Positions 55,717 through 64,000 of a stretch of DNA of 64,000 nt are shown piece by piece. Source of the stretch: an uncultured bacterium (GTDB taxonomy: Bacteria > Acidobacteriota > Thermoanaerobaculia > Multivoradales > JAHZIX01). Location: assembly GCA_965368975.1 (NCBI GenBank), contig CBDUPA010000015.1:32001-96000 (forward strand). Direction: 5' to 3'. Both the position numbers and the translations under genes were made by a program. The notes beneath the pieces were generated by a model that had not been told where the DNA came from, did no database searches, and was given only the letters and a program-made list of their open reading frames with translations. Every line of letters starts with the position of its first letter. Within the stretch, counting starts at the first letter, position 1.

Positions 55717-58125
55717 ATGACCGAGATCGCCGAGACGGAAACGACCGGCACCGCGCCACCTGGCGCCGACCCTCGAACAGAAGAGTCCGATGCTCCGGAT
55801 GCGAGCCTTGGAGGCTCGAGCACCGGAGACAGCTCGGCAACTCACCGGCTGGTGGTCGTCGAGACGCCGGCCGCGGCGCTCCACACCGGGCACATGCTCC
55901 TGCACCCCGACGACTTGGTAGAACTGCAGAGCGCAGAAGACAGCGCGCTCGAAGTCGCCGGTCGCCACATGACCGTGTGCTGGGCACAACTCGGCACGCG
56001 ACTCCAGCCCGGCACCGTGGCACTCGCCCCGGTGACGCGCCAGAACGCTGGCGCCGGTCCGGGCGACACGGTTACCGTGCGTCCGGTTCTCCTGCGCGAC
56101 GCCACACGCGTGATCCTGGAGTCCGACGGCGAAGAGACGTGGGCCAGCGCACCATCCCCAGCACACGAACGAGCGGAGACTCTCCGGGAGGAGCGTCTGC
56201 GGCAGTTGCTCACCGGCCTGCCCGTGGTCACCGGCGACCGCGTGCACCTCCACCTGGACGACTCGTGCCTGGACGAGACCGGCGAGGACACAGACACCTC
56301 CGGCACCCTCGGTGAATCCCTCGAGCTGACCGTGGTTGCGACCTCGCCGTCGCGGCCGGTGCGCATCCATGCTGGCACCGAGGTGCTCTTCGGCAAGCAT
56401 CGGCTGGGCTCGGGAGAGTCGGGGTCGCGTGAGTTGGCGCCGCGCCGTACCCGCTACCTGGACATCGGTGGTCTGCGACCGCAACTGGCGCGCATCCGTG
56501 AACTGATCGAATTGCCGCTACGCCACCCGGAAGTCTACCGTCAGCTGGGAATCGACCCACCGAGCGGTGTCCTGCTCTACGGCCCTCCGGGTTGCGGCAA
56601 GACCCTGATCGCGCGCGCCATCGCGGAAGAGACCGAGTCGCGCTTCGTGTCGATCAGCGGCCCCGAGATCCTCCACAGCCTGTACGGCGAAAGCGAAGCC
56701 CAGCTGCGCAAGATCTTCGAGGAAGCCGCCAGCCATGCACCCGCGATCCTCTTCCTGGACGAGATCGACGCCATCGCACCCGTGCGTGAGCACGTCCACG
56801 GCGAAGTCGAGAAGCGCGTCGTGTCCCAGCTACTGACCCTGCTCGACGGCTTGTCGATGCGCCGCCAGCAGGTGGTTGTGATCGCCGCCACCAACCGCCC
56901 CAACGCCATCGACCCGGCGCTGCGCCGCCCCGGTCGCTTCGACCGCGAGATCTACATCCCGATCCCCGACGCCAGCGGCCGGCGCGAGATCCTGTCGGTG
57001 CACAGCCACAGTATGCCGCTGGGCGACGACGTCGACCTGCAGCAGCTGGCCGCGGTCACCCACGGCTTCGTCGGCGCGGACCTACTGGCCTTGTGCCGCG
57101 AGGCCGCCATGGCGCGGCTGCGACGCCTGTTCGGCGACGATCCCGCCGGCCAAACTTCCTTGCCGCCGAAGCGCCTGGCCAGCCTGCGCATCGAGATGGG
57201 CGACTTCGTCACCGCGCTGCGGGAGGTAGAGCCTTCGGCACTGCGCGAGGTGGTGGTCGAGGCGCCCAGCCTGGGCTGGGATCAGGTCGCCGGCCTGCAA
57301 GCGGTCAAGCAGCACCTGACCGAGGCCTTCCGCTGGCCGCTGCGCCACCCAGAGTTGTTTCTGGCCGCTGGCGTGCGCCCGACCAAGGGTCTCTTGCTCA
57401 GCGGCCCACCCGGCTGCGGCAAAACCCTGATCGCCAAGGCGCTGGCATCCGAGACCGAGGTCAACTTCATCGCCGCGCACAGCGCCGCCCTGCTGTCGCG
57501 CTACGTCGGTGACTCCGAGCGAGCGGTGCGCGAGATCTTCCAGAAGGCGCGGCAGGCAGCCCCCTGCGTGCTTTTCCTCGACGAACTGGATGCCCTGGTG
57601 CCCGCGCGCGGCACCGACTCCTTCACCTCCGGCGTCAGCGAGCGAGTGCTATCCCAGTTCCTGGTCGAGCTCGACGGTGTCGAGGAACTGCGCGGCGTGC
57701 TCGTCCTCGGCGCCACGAACCGTCCCGACATGCTCGACCCCGCGCTGCGTCGCCCTGGCCGCTTCGACCTGGAGATCGCGGTACCTCTGCCCAACCGCGA
57801 CGAACGACGGGAGATCTTCGCCGTCCACCTGGCCAACAAGCCGCTGGCCGAGGACGTCGAGGATCTCGACCACCTGGCCGCGGATAGTGACGGCCTGAGC
57901 GGCGCTGACATCGCCGAAGTCTGCCGCCGCGCCGGCCTGAGCGCAGTGCGCCGGGTCCTCGGTGGCGATTCCGTCGAGCACGGCAAAGCCGTCGAGCAAG
58001 GAGAGTCGGACGCGTGCAGAGTCCGCGTCACGCGCAGCGACCTGCGGCACGCCCTTGCCGATCTGCGCAAGGCCCCGGCCGTCGCCCCCCACCCCCTGTC
58101 GCCCAAAGCCAGTCCTCAATCCTGA
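55717..58125 (+). CDS. CDC48/VCP (p97)-type double AAA+ ATPase
   Basis: N-domain, DIGGL, IELPLRHPE, two GPPGCGKT motifs, DEID/DELD and two RRPGRFD motifs. Confidence 0.92.
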   Translation: MTEIAETETTGTAPPGADPRTEESDAPDASLGGSSTGDSSATHRLVVVETPAAALHTGHMLLHPDDLVELQSAEDSALEVAGRHMTVCWAQLGTRLQPGTVALAPVTRQNAGAGPGDTVTVRPVLLRDATRVILESDGEETWASAPSPAHERAETLREERLRQLLTGLPVVTGDRVHLHLDDSCLDETGEDTDTSGTLGESLELTVVATSPSRPVRIHAGTEVLFGKHRLGSGESGSRELAPRRTRYLDIGGLRPQLARIRELIELPLRHPEVYRQLGIDPPSGVLLYGPPGCGKTLIARAIAEETESRFVSISGPEILHSLYGESEAQLRKIFEEAASHAPAILFLDEIDAIAPVREHVHGEVEKRVVSQLLTLLDGLSMRRQQVVVIAATNRPNAIDPALRRPGRFDREIYIPIPDASGRREILSVHSHSMPLGDDVDLQQLAAVTHGFVGADLLALCREAAMARLRRLFGDDPAGQTSLPPKRLASLRIEMGDFVTALREVEPSALREVVVEAPSLGWDQVAGLQAVKQHLTEAFRWPLRHPELFLAAGVRPTKGLLLSGPPGCGKTLIAKALASETEVNFIAAHSAALLSRYVGDSERAVREIFQKARQAAPCVLFLDELDALVPARGTDSFTSGVSERVLSQFLVELDGVEELRGVLVLGATNRPDMLDPALRRPGRFDLEIAVPLPNRDERREIFAVHLANKPLAEDVEDLDHLAADSDGLSGADIAEVCRRAGLSAVRRVLGGDSVEHGKAVEQGESDACRVRVTRSDLRHALADLRKAPAVAPHPLSPKASPQS

Positions 58126-58221
58126 GGCCCGGCCGTGTGCGGAGGAGCCCGATACGTGCGAAGACAACCACGAGCGGGCGGACCGCACGTGAAGAAATTG
58201 ACCTTCAACACGCGTAAACCC

Positions 58222-58249
58222 TTGACACTGAGGTAGTAGACGGTAAAAT
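58222..58249 (+). promoter_or_regulatory. sigma70-like promoter for the M23 peptidase-secA region
   Basis: TTGACA, 16-bp spacer, TAAAAT. Confidence 0.55.
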
Positions 58250-58347
58250 CTGAGGCTGTCTGGACGCTGAAAATTCCTTGCGCACGCTAATTTATCGTCA
58301 GCTGTATTGATATCATGGCAAGATAGCATCGCTAAACGGGGTCATCC

Positions 58348-59271
58348 ATGGCATTGAAGCATCACACCATCATTCTGGTCCCTCACGCCCGCGCTCGTCT
58401 GCGCAAATGGCACATCACCAACCGCCAGCTTGGGATCTTCGGTGCCAGCTTCCTTGCCCTCACCCTAGCCGCTTGCTACATCGCCTGGTCGTACTTCACG
58501 ACCACGGTCGACAGACGCCAGATCACCCGCTTACAACAAGAGAACGAGAGCCTGCGCGGCGTCAACGACTCGTTCAAGAACACCGTCGAAGGGCTCGAAG
58601 CTCGCCTGAGCGAATACGAGAAGCGCACTCGGGATCTGGCGATCCTCGCCGGCCTCGACACCAGCAACACCGGTATCGGTGGCCCCACCGGCTTCGGCCT
58701 GGATGCCAGTGCCCTCGAGAGCGGCGACCATCGTGGCGCCAGTCTGAACGTTGGCAACAATCTGCCGGGTGACCTCGACTTCCTGCACTTCCGGACCGAG
58801 AATCTGGACGGCACTCTCGACACCGTCGCGCAGCGCTTGGAAGAGCGCCAACGCTGGCTCGCCTCGATGCCCACCATCGCTCCCGTCAAGGCGCTGATGA
58901 GCAGCCGCTTCGGCATGCGCACTGATCCCGTGCACGGCCGTCGCGCCATGCACTCGGGCATCGACTTCGCAGCCTCTCCGGGCGCACCGGTAGTCGCCAC
59001 CGCAGACGGCATCGTCACCCGCGCCCGCCGCCTCTCCGGCCTGGGCAACGCGGTCTACGTCTCGCACGGCTTCGGCATCGTGACCCGCTACGGCCACATG
59101 TCACGCCTTGCCGTCCAGGAAGGCCAGGAGGTCAAGCGCGGTGACGTCGTCGGCTACGTCGGCAACACCGGACGCTCCACCGGCTACCATCTGCACTACG
59201 AAGTGCGCGTCGACGGCAAGGCCGAAAACCCGATCGGCTATCTGCTCGACTACTCGCGTCGACGCCGCTAA
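58348..59271 (+). CDS. M23 family peptidoglycan endopeptidase with TM anchor and coiled coil
   Basis: HSGIDF, TRYGH and GRSTGYHLHYEV motifs. Confidence 0.93.
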   Translation: MALKHHTIILVPHARARLRKWHITNRQLGIFGASFLALTLAACYIAWSYFTTTVDRRQITRLQQENESLRGVNDSFKNTVEGLEARLSEYEKRTRDLAILAGLDTSNTGIGGPTGFGLDASALESGDHRGASLNVGNNLPGDLDFLHFRTENLDGTLDTVAQRLEERQRWLASMPTIAPVKALMSSRFGMRTDPVHGRRAMHSGIDFAASPGAPVVATADGIVTRARRLSGLGNAVYVSHGFGIVTRYGHMSRLAVQEGQEVKRGDVVGYVGNTGRSTGYHLHYEVRVDGKAENPIGYLLDYSRRRR

Positions 59272-59492
59272 CCCCCTCCTCCCCTCCCGCGTTCACCGTC
59301 CCTACTTCTGCTAGACTGCCGCTGCCAGGCTGGCAGCCAGCTGCCCCGTAGAACACCACGTCTTGGCGTTCGAAGGCACCCGCGCGCTCACCGATCGAGC
59401 CCAGCCCGCACCCAACCGAGACGGACCAGCCTCGCCCCCACCACTGCCAGAATCACCCGCGAGAGGCCCCACAGGGAACCCCAGAGGAAACG

Positions 59493-62228
<2,736 letters not shown>

Positions 62229-62235
62229 CGCCCCC

Positions 62236-62264
62236 TTGACAAAATCGAACGATCGTCCTATTTT
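62236..62264 (+). promoter_or_regulatory. Promoter with embedded TetR-type operator; probably a leaderless transcript
   Basis: TTGACA (62236-62241), 17-bp spacer, TATTTT (62259-62264), ATG at 62271; CGAACGATCGTCC lies in the spacer. Confidence 0.6.
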
Positions 62265-62270
62265 CTCTCC

Positions 62271-62870
62271 ATGACGAAGGGCGACGAAACCAAGGCCGCG
62301 ATCCTGCCGCAAGCGATGGCCCTGGCCAGCCAGAAGGGGCTGGAGGCGCTGAGCATCGGTGAGTTGGCCAAAGTCGTCGGTATGTCGAAGAGCGGTCTCT
62401 TCGCCCACTTCGACTCCAAGGAGAACCTGCAACTGCAGGTCCTGGCCACCGCCGCCGAGTATTTCGTCGAGACGGTCGTCTCGCCCGCCTTCAAGGCACC
62501 ACGTGGCATTCCGCGTCTGCGAGCCCTGTTCGACAACTGGCTACGTTGGGCGCACGACCCGAATCTGCCCGGCGGCTGCCTGTTCTTGGCCGTCGCCAAC
62601 GAACTGGACGATCGACCTGGACCCGTACGCGACCGCCTGGTCGCCTACCAGCGCGACTGGTTCGACACGCTGGCCAACGCCGCACGCATCGCCATCAAGG
62701 AAGGGCACTTCCGCGACGATCTCGACGGAGCCCAATTCGCCTACGACTTCTACTCCGTCATCCTCGCCTACCACCACTTCCATCGGCTGATTCGCGACCC
62801 CCAGGCTGAGACGCGCGCCCGCAGCGGCTTCGAGCGCTTGCTCGACGACGCCGCAACGGCACAGGCCTGA
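62271..62870 (+). CDS. TetR/AcrR family transcriptional regulator
   Basis: HTH LSIGELAKVVGMSKSGLFAHFDSKE; GGCLF motif. Confidence 0.93.
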   Translation: MTKGDETKAAILPQAMALASQKGLEALSIGELAKVVGMSKSGLFAHFDSKENLQLQVLATAAEYFVETVVSPAFKAPRGIPRLRALFDNWLRWAHDPNLPGGCLFLAVANELDDRPGPVRDRLVAYQRDWFDTLANAARIAIKEGHFRDDLDGAQFAYDFYSVILAYHHFHRLIRDPQAETRARSGFERLLDDAATAQA

Positions 62871-62913
62871 CCTCTTCACCGGCTGTTGCTCACGGCAACC
62901 CGAGGACATCCAG

Positions 62914-63837
62914 ATGAGCTCATCGGCAAATACTGCACCCGGAAAAAGCACGAACGTTCGCACTAAAGACGTACTACCCGTCCGCGTTGTGGGCGCCCTG
63001 CTGCGCGGCGTGGCAAGGCTGGCGCCGGAACTCGCCGCGGCCGGCTACGAGCGCCTCTTCCTCCACACCCGCCGGCACCGGACTCCCGAGCGAGAGAAAC
63101 CATGGATGGACGGCGCTCGAGACTTCTCGGTCGCTTGCGGCACGCATCGGCTACAGGCCTGGAGCTGGGGAGACGCCCCGCGTCCAGCGGTACTGCTGGT
63201 ACACGGCTGGGAAGGCCGCGGTTCGCAGATGGGCGCTTTCGTACGCCCACTGCTCGATGCCGGTCTGCGGGTGGTGACCTTCGACCACCCGGGCCACGGC
63301 GCCTCCACCGGCCGCAGTTCGTCGATCGTCGAGATGGCCAACGCGGTACTGCACATCGGCCGCGAGGTCGGTCCTCTGGCCGGTATCGTCGCTCATTCCG
63401 CCGGTGGTGCCGCCACCTCGGTCGCGCTGCGCCACCTGCCCAAGATCGAACGCCTGGTCTATGTCGCCGTACCGGCTGACGCCGGTCGCTTCCTGTTCGA
63501 CGTCGGCAAGATGTTGGGCCTACCGGAGGCCGTCGTCCTGCGCACGCGCAAGCGGATCGAGCGGCGCTTCAATGTCGAGTGGCCAACGCTGTCCAGCGTC
63601 GGGTTGGCGCCGCGGATGGACACTCCCCTTTTGCTGATCCACGACCGTGGCGACAAGGAAGTCCCCTGGGAAGCTGGCCGTGAACTCGCCGACGCCTGGC
63701 CAAACTCGCGCCTGGTCAGCACCGAGGACCTCGGCCACCGGCGGATCCTCTACACTCCCGACGTGGTCGACGAGGCGGTCCGCTTTCTCACTGGCGACGC
63801 CACCGTCTCCACGCCGGTGCGCGCCGAAGTGGCCTGA
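62914..63837 (+). CDS. Alpha/beta hydrolase
   Basis: LLVHGWEG, FDHPGHG, AHSAGG, HDRGDKEVP and GH motifs. Confidence 0.92.
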   Translation: MSSSANTAPGKSTNVRTKDVLPVRVVGALLRGVARLAPELAAAGYERLFLHTRRHRTPEREKPWMDGARDFSVACGTHRLQAWSWGDAPRPAVLLVHGWEGRGSQMGAFVRPLLDAGLRVVTFDHPGHGASTGRSSSIVEMANAVLHIGREVGPLAGIVAHSAGGAATSVALRHLPKIERLVYVAVPADAGRFLFDVGKMLGLPEAVVLRTRKRIERRFNVEWPTLSSVGLAPRMDTPLLLIHDRGDKEVPWEAGRELADAWPNSRLVSTEDLGHRRILYTPDVVDEAVRFLTGDATVSTPVRAEVA

Positions 63838-64000
63838 TAGACCGGACGAACTCCGCCTCGTCTGCAAGGGGCATCTGTGGCGCTCCTTGGCAGGCCGCGC
63901 TAGAGGCTCGACAGCTTCTCCAAGTACTCACCCGCGGCACGGTAGAACCCATCGTGCCAGACGTGCCCGCCATCGAAGACACAGGTCTCGACCTGGATCC

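Overview
This is a high-GC bacterial chromosomal window, probably Acidobacteriota given three orphan ADOP-type duplicated ABC permeases (inference). Housekeeping genes include tRNA-Thr(CGT), metG, tatD, hslO, radC, pdaD-speB, a CDC48-type ATPase, an M23 peptidase and secA, interspersed with secreted peptidases, beta-propeller proteins, a HepT/MntA toxin-antitoxin pair and an AttEFGH-like ABC/lipocalin operon. The strongest candidates for new biology are: (1) a DarE/DynA-like radical SAM-SPASM enzyme downstream of a 138-aa protein whose internal segment WSESW-WNLSIWAYRY resembles the darobactin and dynobactin cores, followed by a small AAA ATPase; (2) a second RiPP-like locus in which an unannotated 29-aa ORF and a perfect 15-bp hairpin precede a B12-dependent radical SAM enzyme; (3) an approximately 330-nt, apparently pseudoknotted non-coding RNA candidate with its own sigma70-like promoter, bracketed by 28-bp direct repeats; (4) a 46-aa FhuF-motif Cys mini-protein behind a Fur-like box; (5) an REase-STAND (Avs-like) defence protein; and (6) an MVL-type lectin next to a small protein and a glycosyltransferase. 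All family assignments come from reading motifs by eye and from recalled reference sequences; no database searches were run.
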